From Amoebophrya sp. A120 (taxonomy: Eukaryota > Protista > Dinoflagellata), in the NCBI GenBank assembly GCA_905178155.1, contig CAJINV010000005.1, positions 4,319,556 through 4,383,555 on the forward strand: DNA of 64,000 nucleotides. The letters are read 5' to 3'. This document shows, piece after piece, positions 23,879 through 36,819 of this stretch. The stretch's first letter is position 1, and each line of letters starts with the position of its first letter. The notes beneath the pieces were generated by a model. The model searched no databases. It was not told the origin of the DNA and worked only from the letters and a program-made list of their open reading frames with translations. Position numbers and translations under genes: made by a program.

Positions 23879-26800
23879 CTAATTTCGTACGAAAGTTGGC
23901 AAACTGGTATCGTCTTCATGCACCGGAAGGAGAAAGTCTTTCCCAAACAGGAGGGGCCACACAGGCCCAAGACCTTGCGGAGCGCACAATTCGGATCCCA
24001 ACTTCATATCCTGAACGTGCGCGAGCGGTTCTTTCTTCACCACGAACAACTCCCCGCGGTACGTGGAGAGCAAGGGCTGCAAGAAAATTTCAAGTTTTCA
24101 TCCTTCGCAATTTTCCATGACGACCGGACATCGCGACGCGAATGTCGTTCCCATTCATATCATCTATTGTTCTTCACCAGGTTGCTCAAATAAACCAGAA
24201 TGTGGTTTAATAATATTCTGCTCAAGGTACTATAATCATACCGTTTTTCCCTGCTGACCCCGCATTTGCATGAGCTGTTGGACAATGCCCTGCTGACATT
24301 CTGTCAAGTCGTCGGCCACCGTGCGGAAGTTGCCCAAGTGCAAGAAGTCTGATAGCAGGAAAGTGTTGATCTCCATCGCACGAAAAACCAAGTCCAGGTA
24401 CCTGTGTTACAACTTTTCTCTCCATCATCATCTCCCGTCGGAGGTGTTCCTCTCTTGCGAGTGGTCCGGAGCGATTGTTCAGCAGGTACATCAATCATAG
24501 AAATTTAGAATATCAATATCACGCGAAAGATGAACGACGCGCTACCTACGAGAAGAACCTCAAGGTCAACATCACAAGCACCAGAAAAAGACACTGTACC
24601 TGCTATTCGCGTTCTGTGTGAGCTCGTGCTCTGGACGCCCCAGGAATATGGTGTATTCAGCAATGCGAAGATCGTCGGGAAGCACGGGGTATCAAATGTA
24701 AAAATGTCTCGGTCTGGCAGCGTCATGCTATTTCTACATGACACAGAAGGGCTGGCATGGAAGCTCTAGCATCACAGGTTTCGAGAAGCTTCCGCAATGC
24801 CGAATCCGCATGACAAACCCCCCACCTTGGTGACAGAAAGTGGGCAGCTTTTGCTACCTATGCATGAGAGATTTTTCTGTGTTCTGAAATGCGCATCACA
24901 AGTTTGTATTCTCCCAGACCCAGACACTTTTGCAGTTCATACGGGGGTACACGACCGGGAGGCAAGCGTCGTCAGTGTCATGTTCGCGAAGCTAGTCGGG
25001 TAGTACCTTGTTTTTCAATAGGGGAAAAAGATATTTACTATATCTTTGCGGTACTATCTTTCCCACATGTTCTTGCCATCGTCCTGGCGACCGCGTACTT
25101 CATCAGATGAAACTCTAATTTTCAAAGTGGACGCAGTTGTAGCACCATATCATCAAATCTGAGACCGCGACCGTAAAATCTGATTCTGAAGATAGGAAAA
25201 AAATGGAAAGTCAAAGTACTCGGTCGCCAACTTCAAGGCGGCGTCAAAATAGGGGGCCATATTGTTCTTTCCGGTTTCGGGAGACACGTCGCCGTCGGGG
25301 AATTTTCCACCATTTGCGTCGAACACCTGCGCCGCCAGCTCCATCGCGGTCTCGTCGAGACAGAGCTCCTGAACGTAGAGATGCGTCGCCTTCCGGTCGA
25401 TCAGCTTCAATCGGTCCTCCAGGATCTTCAAGCTCTCCGTCCCGCAGCATCAACTGCAAATATGTCGGCGGGGAGGAGGTCTGAGAAAATGCACAGGTTC
25501 ATCCCGCAGGTTTTGCAGTGCTCAGAAGCTTTGCAATGCGGGGCCTAGCAGCAAGAATGCTGATTATACTCTGCATGTTGACACGTAGGCCACTGCTTCT
25601 ACTTTTATATCAAAGTGGCCTAAAATGTACAGCTTCTGCCATGCATTGTATCTATGGCAGATGATTTTTCCGTGACTGACCGAGAGTATGTTGATCACAA
25701 GTTTGCGGCACCTTCCCAGACCACGACGACCCGGATCGATTGTACCTGCAATGCGTACACAGCGGCACACCACAACACTCAGCTCCAAATCGCGGTCTAC
25801 CTGATCCAACACCGCGGTGTGCATGCGCTGAAACGCTGCGAAAGCGGGGTTGATCGCCCACGAGTTCATCACCGTATATCCTGATTAAAAACGTCCCCAC
25901 ACCAGAGTCCAGACGGGAAACCTGCTAGACAAATCAGCCAGCCTTGGTTCTTGTCTGGCATGACAAGTTTGTCCTTGTGGTGTAATCCTGTTTAGCTAGT
26001 TCAGAAGCATCACAGATCTAGCATGGCATGCTGATCCTAGCGTCACAAATTCCAAAACACGAATAGAAAATGCTTCTCATAGGGCTCCGCATCATCATCA
26101 TCATGTAGTGGACACCCGCTCCCAGCGCCACAGGTCAAGGATCCCCTCCCCGGGGGGTGGGCGAGGAAGCACTTTCGGCGACCTCATCATACAAAAGCCG
26201 AGCGCTACCACGGCGAGTCGCCCCAAGAAAAGTGCCGACCAGTCGGGAACTACCCACCACACCTGATCAGCACAGCCCGGCCAGCTAGCCGAGCGCGACA
26301 GCCCAACATACAGAACGATCCAGGACCCGATCCATTTTACGCCATACGTTTTTGCTCTCACGGAAGAGACGACGCACCCCTTTGGGTTAAGGGGCGAGAC
26401 TCTCCCTTAAGCCGCAACCCCACCCGGACAGGGGAGGCTGGACCATTTGTGCCTTACCTGCGGCACGGGCGAACAAGGCGAGTGCACGGACCACAGTTGT
26501 CAAACCATAGACCAGTTGTCTGGCGCTGCTGACTGGCAACCCACCTGGGGCACAGCGACAACTTAAAGGCTTAGTTTGTGCGTGGCAGTCTTAGTGCAGC
26601 CCTGTTCTGCAATAGAAGCAAAGGGCGGGAGGGGGGACGGGGGTCTTACGCCAGAGTCGCGACGGAACTTACCTGGACGTAGGGTGCCCGCACGAGAAAC
26701 TTTTTTGGCATGCAGAATTGCATGACAACTCTGGGGTGGGGACGTTTTTACTCAGGATACCGTATCCTGGTACTTCATCGTGCGTGAAATCACCGCAGCG

Positions 26801-28333
26801 TCTCGGACGAACCCAACGGACAGATCGTTCCTACGAGTGTAGTTGCATTCTACTTTATTTTTTGCATTTCTGTTCTTGCCAAACGCGGCAAACTCGCAAG
26901 GCACATCAATCTACTGTCAAAGCGGTCATCTCTGCACGCCTTTGAAGTAAGGGTAAACACAAACACGGCATGTTGATAAAAAATTTCCCATCAATTTAAA
27001 TTTTGGCACAACTAGGAGTACACAAATAAGTACAGAAGATACTTGGGTCCGTGGAGGAACAGAGCCGCTTCTGCGATGACCACGTAGCTGAGAATCATGA
27101 TCGCCGGGCATTCTTCCATGGTGCGCGATTGGAAATTTTCCGGCATACCGATCAACCAGAAAGCCGCCTCAATCGGCGGCACCCCGTCAGCCAGCACGTA
27201 CTTGTCGGAAGACATTCGGCATCGTGAGGAAAGATCCCCCCTCCACATATTGATGAACAGGCATCCGTCTAAAAATTTGTGGCGCAGTTTGAGGAGGTCG
27301 CAGATCATTTCTGTCTTGCAAGAAGGCAAGCGCCGAGGTATGCGCCGCTTTGTGGAGGCGGATATTTCTCATGCTTTTCTTGGGCCTTCAGGGCAGGCGT
27401 TTCCCATTCCAAACAGCTAGATTTCTATTACGCTCCAAAACAGGCCGAGCATCTGGCTGCAGTTCCTTACAGCAAGGTATTTGTGTGCGCAAATCTAGCA
27501 TCAGCAGTTTTGTTTTTGCTATGGGGAGGTGGGATTTTCCACTTTGATATTTGGAAGTCCGCGCCCATGATCTTGTAGTCGGAGTGGCACTCGCCCTTTT
27601 TTATCGCCTCCGCAGCCTGCTCCTGACTTAGGGTCTGATCGCAGATGATGAAGTTCATACGGTAGGTGAAGTAGCACGTGTTTGCGAGCTCGTTTTCGCT
27701 GGGCAGCCTGACCCGGGTAATCTTCCCCGCTACCGGCAGTGGTATTTGCGACAGAGAATCTTCGAAGGCCGTTTGGAAAAGAACAAACACAAGGACGCCC
27801 AGGAACGCTGCCGTCAACGCGACCGCTGCGCGCCATAAGCGCGCCGTCCCAACATCATCCGGGCCTGCTTTCGCTTTTCTCGTTCTACTTTGGATGAAAA
27901 AGTCACAAAAATGTGTACGCAGTCGCCGCTGGAATGGACGCCGCAGGGCATGAATCTTCTCCGGTCGGGACGCACCGCTACATCCTCGGGGGAGAGTATT
28001 CCTATACAACCTAGCCAACTTCTCCGAGACTTCTCCAAGTAGCATCTGTCGCAGCATCTGTCCCGTTCTTACTCCCCTTTCGAAGTCCCGACTCGCTGCG
28101 GCAGAACGCTGTTGCAAGGGCTGCGAGGGATCGTCCTCCCGCGGCTGTCGGTGTCGATGAAATACTCCTTTGGCTTGGACAACTGCATTTGAATACGCAT
28201 ATTGCGGCGAGGGAGCAACCGGGTTTCCATTGGGGCTGCTCCAGTAGTCACACAAGAAGCTCCGGCTCGTGTCAACCGGGCTGCGCCTCCAGTTCCTACG
28301 CTCCGGGAGGGCTGCACAGAATCCCCCTGCCAT
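23879..28333 (-). CDS. Hypothetical type II membrane protein, multi-exon, with 3 introners (function unknown)
   Basis: TM segment AAVALTAAFLGVLVFVLF. Frames join across 27220-27549 (ADFQ|MSSDKY), 25877-26759 (YQDT|VMNSW) and 24690-24941 (SCTP|VLPDD). Ends ...PTFVRN*. Start uncertain. Confidence 0.6.
24690..24941. mobile_element. Introner-like TIR element, family A (252 bp)
   Basis: TATCAAATGTAAAAATGTCTCGG...CCAGACACTTTTGCAGTTCATA, TSD CGGGG. Confidence 0.9.
25877..26759. mobile_element. Introner-like TIR element, family E, expanded to 883 bp by a nested insertion
   Basis: TATCCTGATTAAAAACGTCCCCAC...GTGGGGACGTTTTTACTCAGGATA, TSD CCGTA. Siblings are 279-296 bp. Confidence 0.88.
26091..26692 (-). 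mobile_element. ~600-bp GC-rich insertion inside the introner, with an (ATG)n tail; candidate 5'-truncated non-LTR retroelement or SINE
   Basis: Family E sequence breaks after TCTCATAGGGCTCCGC and resumes at about CACGAGAAAC. (ATC)4 lies at 26091-26102. Boundaries approximate. Confidence 0.5.
27220..27549. mobile_element. Introner-like TIR element, family B, inverted and diverged (330 bp)
   Basis: CATCGTGAGGAAAGATCCCC...GGGATTTTCCACTTTGATA, TSD TTCGG/TTTGG. Interior resembles the reverse complement of 17427 and 55953. Confidence 0.8.
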
Positions 28334-29032
28334 CGAGGGCGAATTATTCCCGCGACCACGAGAACGCTCCCGAGCCGCCGACGTGGAACTCGAACTGCCT
28401 GAGGAATTTTCCGATATTGTAAACCACATATTGACTCGTGTTTTTTGGAGCTGAAGAAACACCGCACCAGTCTTGGAGATCGAAGATGTGAAAAGCTGCG
28501 TGTAGTGGCAGCTAAATCGAGCCAGCAGTTCACGTTCACAAACCGACGACTGGACCGAACAGAAAAATGTTATGGGAGCACAAATTTTGTGGAAAACATG
28601 CCACCAAAAATGTGCAACGAAATCCTTGTCTTCCCGAAGGTGGTGCGAGCCCTTTACAAGCTGCAACGACTGCGAACATTACTTATGACAAGACGAATGC
28701 AGTCGTATCATCCGCGTCACATCGCAGGAGATGCAGTTCACTTTCGCGACGACAATATTTCGCACGAGAGCCGAAAATCGAAATATACCCTGTTATGCAT
28801 TTGACCACCTTGGAGAAACAAAAAAGCTCAACAGACGCAGATCCAACTAGTTCTACTGAAGCTGCAAGGTGATCATCTCTTCTAAATTTCGTTATGTGTG
28901 CGGTGCAAAGTACAACCCGGTGCGTCGGCTATGACCCAGCAGCGCGCGTCTTCGCACTTCCGACGGTATTGAACAGCCCCGACTTGGTGCGGACGAGGCG
29001 TCTACTTCCCCTGATCAGCACACTGGCCCGAG

Positions 29033-30514
29033 TCAACCCGTGTGTTTCAGCAGCTGTCCGCTGCTAGAGCCTTCGGGGGTGCATTTTTCCGCACTTCTGC
29101 CCCACTGCCGTGTGTCGCTACTTTCGCATCTCCGTGTCGTTTCAAGGCGGCCATCGTGCTCCCCTCCTCCTCCTCGTCGCACCGCTGCGTCTATCCGCTC
29201 GACCGTTGCATCGATATTCGTGGCCTGGGGGTCTGGCTTCTTCGTGATGCGACCCGTCCGCGCGATTTCGGCGTAGGCATCCCGGTAGAAGAACCAGTTG
29301 CTGGTGCGAAACAGCCGGAAGTTCCGGATCGGCGGCGCGATCACGTGGAGCGCCAGCTGCTGGTACTCAGAGGGGTAGGAAAAACCGCAAATGAAGTTGC
29401 GTTCCACGTTGTACACCTCCCTCAAGTGCTTCACGCCCGTCTCAAACAGCTTTCGCAACAGCGGGAGGTCCTTTCGCTGGCACTGCAGCAGGTCTTCCAA
29501 CCGCGTTTTCGGAAACACCAGCAAATGAGCCCGGGCACACGGGTACCTGTGCTCCACCGCGAAAACGTCCCACTGCCGGGCCTATCAAATGCCAATTCGT
29601 CTGGGAGGTCTGGAAAGATGCAGACCGATTCGTCATGCAGGTGTTGCTTGCCCCGCGGTGTCTGGAATCATGCAGGGTCTAGCTGCATCGCAGCTTCAGA
29701 AAGGTCTATGCGATACCAATTTTTACACAAGAGGAAATACTTATTCATTATGTCATCTCAACCTGTCTCACACTGGATATCTTTCCTAATCGTGCAAGAT
29801 AGATTTTTGTGTGACGCCGGGCACAAGGTAGTTGCATCTTTCCAGACCCAAACGCACTATTGCAAGGCATAGGTCCAACACGGGGCGGCCGTGATAGCGG
29901 TGCGTCAGTACGGCCTCCACCAGGTCGCAGGGCTATCAAATGTAAAAATGTCTGGGTCTGGAAGATTAGAACTTGTCATGCTAAATCTAAATGATGCAAA
30001 AATCTGTGTTGCGTGAGTGCCAAATGCTGTCCGCTTTTGACCAAGTTGAGAGGGAGTTTCTCATGCAGGAGCGGCATGATAGAGACCTCAAAGAATCTGT
30101 CATGCTGGGTCTCGCATTCCAGACCCCATGGGTCATGGAAAACCTGCATCGCAAATCTTGGATTCTTCCAGACCCAGACATTTTTACATTTGATAAGGGC
30201 TTCGCGTCGGCAATAGAAACGTCGTCGGGCATTTCCGTGTTGCAGAAGTTACACCGCTCGAGCTGCAACAGGTTCGGCTTTCCGCACCTCGGACAGTGCT
30301 TCTGGTGCTTCCGCTGCGTGAAAAAGGTCTCGCGCGCGACGGACACATAGCTTCGCTTGCGGAAGGAGACTTGCCCTTGTTGCAATGAGACTGACGAGGG
30401 AAACGAAGAGGGAACGGAGGTTTGCCCTTGTTGCAATCGGATATTACGGACGAAATTTGGAGGTCTAGTACCCTGGCACCAGCGGCAAGCCAACGCCTTC
30501 TTCGCGTAGAGCAT
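29033..30514 (-). CDS. HIT-fold (HINT3/DcpS-C-like) protein with N-terminal zinc ribbon and degenerate histidine triad
   Basis: CPRCG..CNFC zinc ribbon. Spliced DAKP|CDLV..PVLD|RQWDVFAVEHRYPCARAHLLVFPK..GFSYPSEYQQLALHVIAPP. Confidence 0.72.
29583..29871. mobile_element. Introner-like TIR element, family A, diverged (289 bp)
   Basis: TATCAAATGCC...TTCCAGACCCAAACGCACTATTGCAAGGCATA, TSD GGGCC/GGTCC. Frame restored on removal. Confidence 0.82.
29934..30195. mobile_element. Introner-like TIR element, family A (262 bp)
   Basis: Perfect ~32-bp TIR, TSD AGGGC. Confidence 0.93.
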
Positions 30515-31100
30515 CTCATTGCAGTGCGTGCTGCTGCATCTACTTTTTCAGTTGCCACAAAGTCGTGGTAGGCTCTTAGATGTTGAAACTTCTATAGAAA
30601 CAAACAGGACCATCCCTCGTGGTCGAACGGAATGTCCAAGCTGTTTCAAAAAGAACACCTGAAAGCAAAAATGTCGTGCGCAAAGATCCTTCCCGCAACG
30701 ACGTGGTGATGTTGCACGAGGAGAAAGAACCACTGGAGCTACACGAGAGAAACGATGAAAATCATGATCTCCAGACGCGGACCTACAGCTGAAATAGATC
30801 TTCCGCGGTTGCGATGGATTCGGTAATAAAACCGATCGGCGAAAGAAAGAAAGAAAGTCCGTGCTGCATCCCACAAAAAGTGTTTCGCCAAACGGTCGTC
30901 ACAGCAAAATCTGACAGATCAATTTATTCTTCACAAGCAACGTCGACAGGCGCGCGACACAAATGAAAAATGAACACAAGCGTAGTAGTCCCAACAAATC
31001 TCCGCGTTTCTCCTCGTACAAATACGCGCTCCAATTTCATAAAGCAGGACACGATCTGTGGTCCTGTTTGTTCAGTAGTAAAGAATTAGTTGTTGTGCCG

Positions 31101-33213
31101 CTATTGCTTATTCCACGTGTTTTGGTGCAGCTGATTGGTCAAGTTAAGCATGGAAGGGTCGAACTGTGTGCCCTTGAAGGGGCTGCCGTCTGCATCCCAG
31201 GCGTCTTTCATGAGCTCCGCAGTTTTGATTTGGTCCGAGGTCGGCTTACCCTGGTGCTTCTGGTTCTGATCGAACACAATCTTACCTGAGAGATGAACGT
31301 GCGTTATTTATACCGAGATTAAAAAGATCGCTTTTTCATCGGTACATCATGGGTACAGTACCGAAATAATCCAGCTGCACCAACGTCGCAAACATTCTGC
31401 CCGTAGGCATGTTAAATTTGGATACTTAGCAACTACTTTCCAGAAATAAACCAAGAGCATTTACGAATGGCCCCCTGCGTCTCTCCGTCGTAGTCGTCGA
31501 TTCGCTTTGTCGATTCGATTTTGGTCGTGTCGATCTCCGGCCCGTCCTGAAAAACAGCTTTCCACCACGTCTTGCGAATCTTTGATTTTATTTGAGATGC
31601 GAAATTTTCGGTCGGAATAAATGATCCAAACAGAGGGCAACAACATCGCTTCCAAGTTAGAATGCTGACGACGAACAGACCAAGCCCGTAGTTGTAGTAC
31701 TTATACCTTGTCCAGGGTGAGGACCACCTTCTTGCTGTCCTCGAGGTTCCAGATGCAGTCCATAGGTTCCACCCGTATAGATGTGTCAGGATTGAAATCG
31801 ACAAAGTTGTAATGCATAAAATGGATGAAAGTTGTGGCCCAGTTTCCAAGTCAAATTTGGGCAGAACCGCAATCCAGTTTGTCATGCTGTTTTGGTAAGG
31901 AAGACGCCTTTTGTCATGCTACTTTAGCAGCTCAGTTTCTACCCCTCAACAGGCTTACAATCTGCCTCGCTTGCCTACTCTGCAAGACAGGCACTCCGCG
32001 GGCTGTATTTTATGCATGACAAACCATTTCAACTTTGACGATTTCAATCCTGACGCTTCCATAACCCGCTCCAACAGTTTATCTTCGAAAACGACCTTCT
32101 TCTGGTACGAAATCTTGACCGACTCGGATTTGATTTCCACAGAAACATCCTTGCTCTTCACCCCGCCATTCGGCTCCAGCAGGAATTCCACTGTCAGCTC
32201 CTCCAAGGTTTGGGACCATCGATACCTGAATGTTTTTTGACATAGATGCGGAAAGCAGAACAACAAAGTGCTAAAGACCACGGAGGAAAGGACAAAGCGA
32301 ATTCAAGACTTCCAACCAAAAGAATTCTTCGTCCAGGAGGAAAGTACTTATCGGTCACGGCTCCGTTCCACGTGGAATGCGACGTAAACTTGGCATCCAC
32401 GTTCACTGGCTTGTTCCTGCCGCCAGTTACGTCAGAAGTAGCGCTATCCGTGGGTGAGGACGCCGTTGTCGTGCTCCCTGCTTCATCCGTCCGACTCTGC
32501 AGATCCTGCTGCGCCGCGGCGACGACGGCGGCGGGCGGTGCCGTACTCGACGAGGACCCGCCCGAAGTGCAGTTGGCGCCGGCGCTCGGCGGCGCTGCCG
32601 GTCTACTCGAGGACGCACCGGCCGGTGCCGCCGTCGACGTTGTAGTACTAGCCACTCCGGTGGGCACGGATTGCATGGGGCGTCGCACCGCTTTGTCCAG
32701 GCCTTCGGGAATTCGGTTGCCCGTGCGTTTCTGATAAAAATCCTGGTACTTAGCGAACTGCGCATCTACCTGGAGGTTTTTTTTACACAGGTGCGGCACC
32801 ACATTTTTCTTCCTACAAAGTCGGATATTACATACTACTAGCCCGCAGTAGAAAATACATTGTTCTTCACTGGGCAGCAGTACCATACCAGACATAGTCA
32901 AATCTGTGGCTGGGAAGAACCTCTCGAAACAACACACCAAGCAGGCGAAGGGTCTCCGCGAATTATACACCCGCGACGATTCGCGCCAAATGAGAGACTC
33001 AAAAACTTTATGTCGACTTTTGTAGAAAAAAAAAACCATTTTCTTTGCGATTCCTGGTGGAAAGCCCACTCGATCATCCTTGCTCTGCATCACGTGGAAA
33101 AGGTCCGTGCGCCGCTCGAAGAAACCGAAAATACTCGCCAAAAAATCTTCCAGTCCCTGATGCTTGGCGGCGAGCCGCCCGAGCATCTCGTCCGTATGAG
33201 GGTCGTACGCCAT
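31101..33213 (-). CDS. NUDC: NudC-family co-chaperone (NudC N-domain + CS domain), multi-exon
   Basis: GLEDFLASIFGFFERRTDLF, NGAVTDKY|RWSQTLEEL, CIWNLED, WWKAVFQDGPEIDTTKI, MFDQNQK..GKPTSDQ, AWDADGSPFKG. Confidence 0.9.
31776..32063. mobile_element. Introner-like TIR element, family D (288 bp)
   Basis: TSD ACCCG. Join reads LLERV|EPMDCIWNLED. Confidence 0.92.
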
Positions 33214-33900
33214 TCTTAGTTTTCTACTGTACAGATAACGTAGTTAACGAGTTTTAGAAAGTTTCAGCGGTGCGCATGAGCGACATGAGGAACGACATAT
33301 AGGCGACTTGGTAAGTAACACGCGGAGCCGTTTATTTCGCAAGTGCGAAGGAACATACTGTTAATACAGGGATAATTCGGTAAAAGTGTATTTCTTGGGA
33401 GTCCTGCTGTCGGAAGATAAGTGAAAGATCTTTTTTCGCCACAATTGATCGCAAAGAAACCTTCCACGAGCACGCACGCACAAAAGCGTGACACTTTAGG
33501 AGCTGCCAAAAACGAAAACAATAGAGCACATACGTAGTTGTCCGCTGTTGATATATGGGTCAATCATCTGTCAACAGCTGTGTCCTATGGGTCAATTATC
33601 CGCGCCGCATAGGTTCTCTGATGCAGTTTCTTGCGTGCATTGCCTTCGCGTTGAATCTCTGAGCAGCAGGAGCAGCAGGGCTCCTCGTGTGTCGTGCAAC
33701 AAATTATTTTCTCCCATTGCAAAAGCATTCCATCTGGTTGAGCTCCTTCTGCTGGGAAAGATGACGTAGAGTCGTTCTATGAGTCAGTGCGCGGTGCAAC
33801 GGTAGAACGCACTACGACAACGCTGCAGCATCTAAAATCGACCACACATCAACATTCCTGATGCCTCGTGACTGAAAAACACGTTACCTTAATCCACACT

Positions 33901-36819
33901 CTAAGCCGAAGCATGCGACAAGCTCCAGGACTCTTGAATTCGGTGTGGACCCTCGATGAACCGCGCATGGGCTTCGCTTATGTTTTGCCTCGCTCCACCT
34001 CCGCCAGCAAGATTTGTCCTGAAACACTCTGCGAGTCGCGGGTGCTCCCAAAATTCGTTTTTGATGGAGCAAAACTCCTTGAGTCCAAAGCGCATGCACT
34101 CCAGGTCGGGCTTCCAGCGTTGTGGCCGGCGATACCCCCACCGTCGCAAAGTGGCTCGCATCTGCCTCTCTTGCTCTAGTCTCGTGGGCGACACCGAGCG
34201 AAGATCCGAGAACTCTATCACAAACAGACAAACGGACAGCGTCGCTTGCGCTTTTTCGGCAGTAATATTATCGCCAGGCTGCGCTAATGTCGTCTGCCGT
34301 CGCTTATTTCTCCTCGTACTAAAAAATGGCCCCCATCGCCGCGAAAAAGTAGAAAGCAAAGTACCGTGGTACGCTGACGTAGAATAATTGCTAGACCTCG
34401 TCCCACTCTTCTGAACAGTACCGGTCTGCTGCGCCTGCTGTGTTACGATCAACTCCATCTTTGGCTCCTGTTGTAAGTCATCAGAAAGTGCTCGACGCCC
34501 CGGTGCTTCTCCAGAGCTCAACGCTGCGCTCCTTTCTGGTGCCTTCTTGGAAGCCGGAGAAGGCGCGCCTATCGTCCTGGGCGTTGAAGATGCAATGGAC
34601 AGCAAGGGGTCGTGCTTTTTCAGAAAAGGCTCCAGGGATTGCAAGACATCGAGCTCCCCTCCCTCCACGTCCAGAAAAAAAACGGGCAGGGCGCCACCGA
34701 AGCGCGCTAGATGCTCGCCCAGAATCCAGCTGATCGGGCGGCAGGGTACCTGGACCTCGCCCTTAATCCACTGCTTTTTGTGCTCTTCCGACATAGCGGA
34801 CACGAGACCGCCCGTGCCGCTCACGCCAGGGAGAGCCGCGTCACCACCTGAAGGTACCTCCGCCCCGGATGCGAAAGACACCGTGCCGTTCCTTCGAAAA
34901 TATTCCGCCTCGGAACAGAGCGCCTTGCACTCAAAGCTTATACTGCGAAAACAAATCGCGCACACCTCTCGCATATAACATTTCGCCAGACGACATGCAG
35001 TAGATGAGGACACATTATCTTATGTATTTACAATTAGTTTGTGTCTTTTGCGGAGCCGCATCAATTTGAAGGACTTGGACAGCATCAAGAGCGGGTGTTC
35101 TTGATTTTCCTGCAGCATACTGCCGTTGCGTTCGCTCACTGGTGTGTCCGGGGGGAATGACCCTCGATTGGTCCTCAGTTGCTTGCAGTTTGCTGGAAAT
35201 GCTTCAATCAGCAGACCACGCCAATTTAACGCTTTCTCGAAAAAGTAGGAATTCGAAAACTCGATACCCGTAAAACCGCCCACCTCAAGGAACGCGTTGC
35301 TCCAAGGCACTTGCTCCTGAGTCGCCGCAGAGACTATGCCGGGCGTAGGTGGTGGCTGTGGCTCTTCTGCCAACTTTCGAGGTGGCGCCTTGCTTTCGTC
35401 ATGAGGGTGAGCACCACTTGCTGCATTCGCCGGAAGATTTCTCCTTTCCAGGTCGCGCAACGCGGGAGCCGCTGGTGGGATCATTCGCTGGCAGAAATAG
35501 TGGAGGTACACGATAATGTCTTCTAGGAATTGGGAGTGAAAGACATGCTTTGCGGCGGGGAGCCCGCAAACGGTCGACAAAAGGAACCGACGTTCCGCTT
35601 GTGCATATTGCGTTTGCAGATTGTACCGGTCGAGATTTCTCGTACTTTTGCTTTCCTCGTCAGAATTTCCAGCGACAACCCGCCGCGCTAGGCCCTGGAT
35701 TCTCGCCACCAACGCTTTCACTCGTGGGTCATTCGAACAGGCGGCGCTTCCTCGGCGCTGAAACCAGAGACCACCGATGATCCCCAGACTGGCTGCGACC
35801 TTCTCCGCAATGGCTTTGACATTATCGGCCTTCGAAAGTTTTTCCACCTTCGAATACTTTCCCTGTTGTGCGAGGAGTCTCCCGAGGTTCGCGTCAAGCG
35901 TCACCCACGCCGGAAGAGACAAGAGGCAAGGCTTTGCTACAGCGCGCTCTTGTCCGCGACTGCTCCCAAAAAAGTTTTGCAGCAGACGGAATTCCGCACC
36001 CTGCGTGTCCAGAGCGAGCACCAACGGTTGTCGTACGTTTATTTCCCCGCCCGCTTTCGCCGAAGCTGCGAGAGCCGCAGTTGTCCCTGCGTTTTGCCCT
36101 TGAGCCGGCACAGCACTAGATGCATCGCGTAGCAACTCGGGTATCGCTCGGCAGGGAAGCAGTGGATGCCGGTGCACATACGACCAGGCGCCCTCAGCGC
36201 CCAGCTGTTCCGGGTTTTTCCGCGGATCCCAGCTCGCCGTTACGTTCGTGTTGTAGAGCGTTGCTTCCACCTTGGGATCCGTGAGGTTTCCCGTTCGTGC
36301 CGGGTAGCACGCACCAATGGCTGGCACGGGGGTAGTCGCCTCCAGCGTGACCGCGGCGGGAGGAGCTTCCTTGGCCCCAGGAGATGCCGATGTCTTGGTG
36401 GAAATTTGTATCGTGTGGCGGAACGCCGCAAAGTTGCCATCCACTCCGCTGATTTCCAGCAGGGTCGCTTGGCCGGCTCCCTATCCATCTTTCGCCGCAT
36501 TTTTTCCAGAAGGGCCAGCGGTAGGAACGGCGGGCGTGGTGGGTTGTGGGGGACGAGCTGTCGGCGTTTTGGATGCTTCAGCGCTCTCTTTTCCCGCGTT
36601 CTCATCGCCGCTCGGCAGCGCTGGCGTTTTTGGCTCACCTCGACTCACCACTGCTGGCGCGGAAGCGACCACGTGCACCCGTGTGGGATTGTTCTCGTAG
36701 CTTCTTCTGGAAGTTGTAGTAGTGAATACAACCAGATGCTCGGGAAGCAGGTGAACCCAAAAGCGAATCGTCAAACTTGCAGTGAGCGCAACTGACAGAA
36801 TTACCTTGGACGCTAACAT
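33901..36819 (-). CDS. FkbM-family (Methyltransf_21) SAM methyltransferase, probably membrane-anchored, with a second degenerate domain
   Basis: FLEVGGFTGIEFSNSYFFEKALNWRGLLIEA and FFLDVEGGELDVL. Upstream LLEISGVDG and LALDTQGAEF. Exon joins unresolved, with an in-frame TAG at 36481. Confidence 0.75.
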
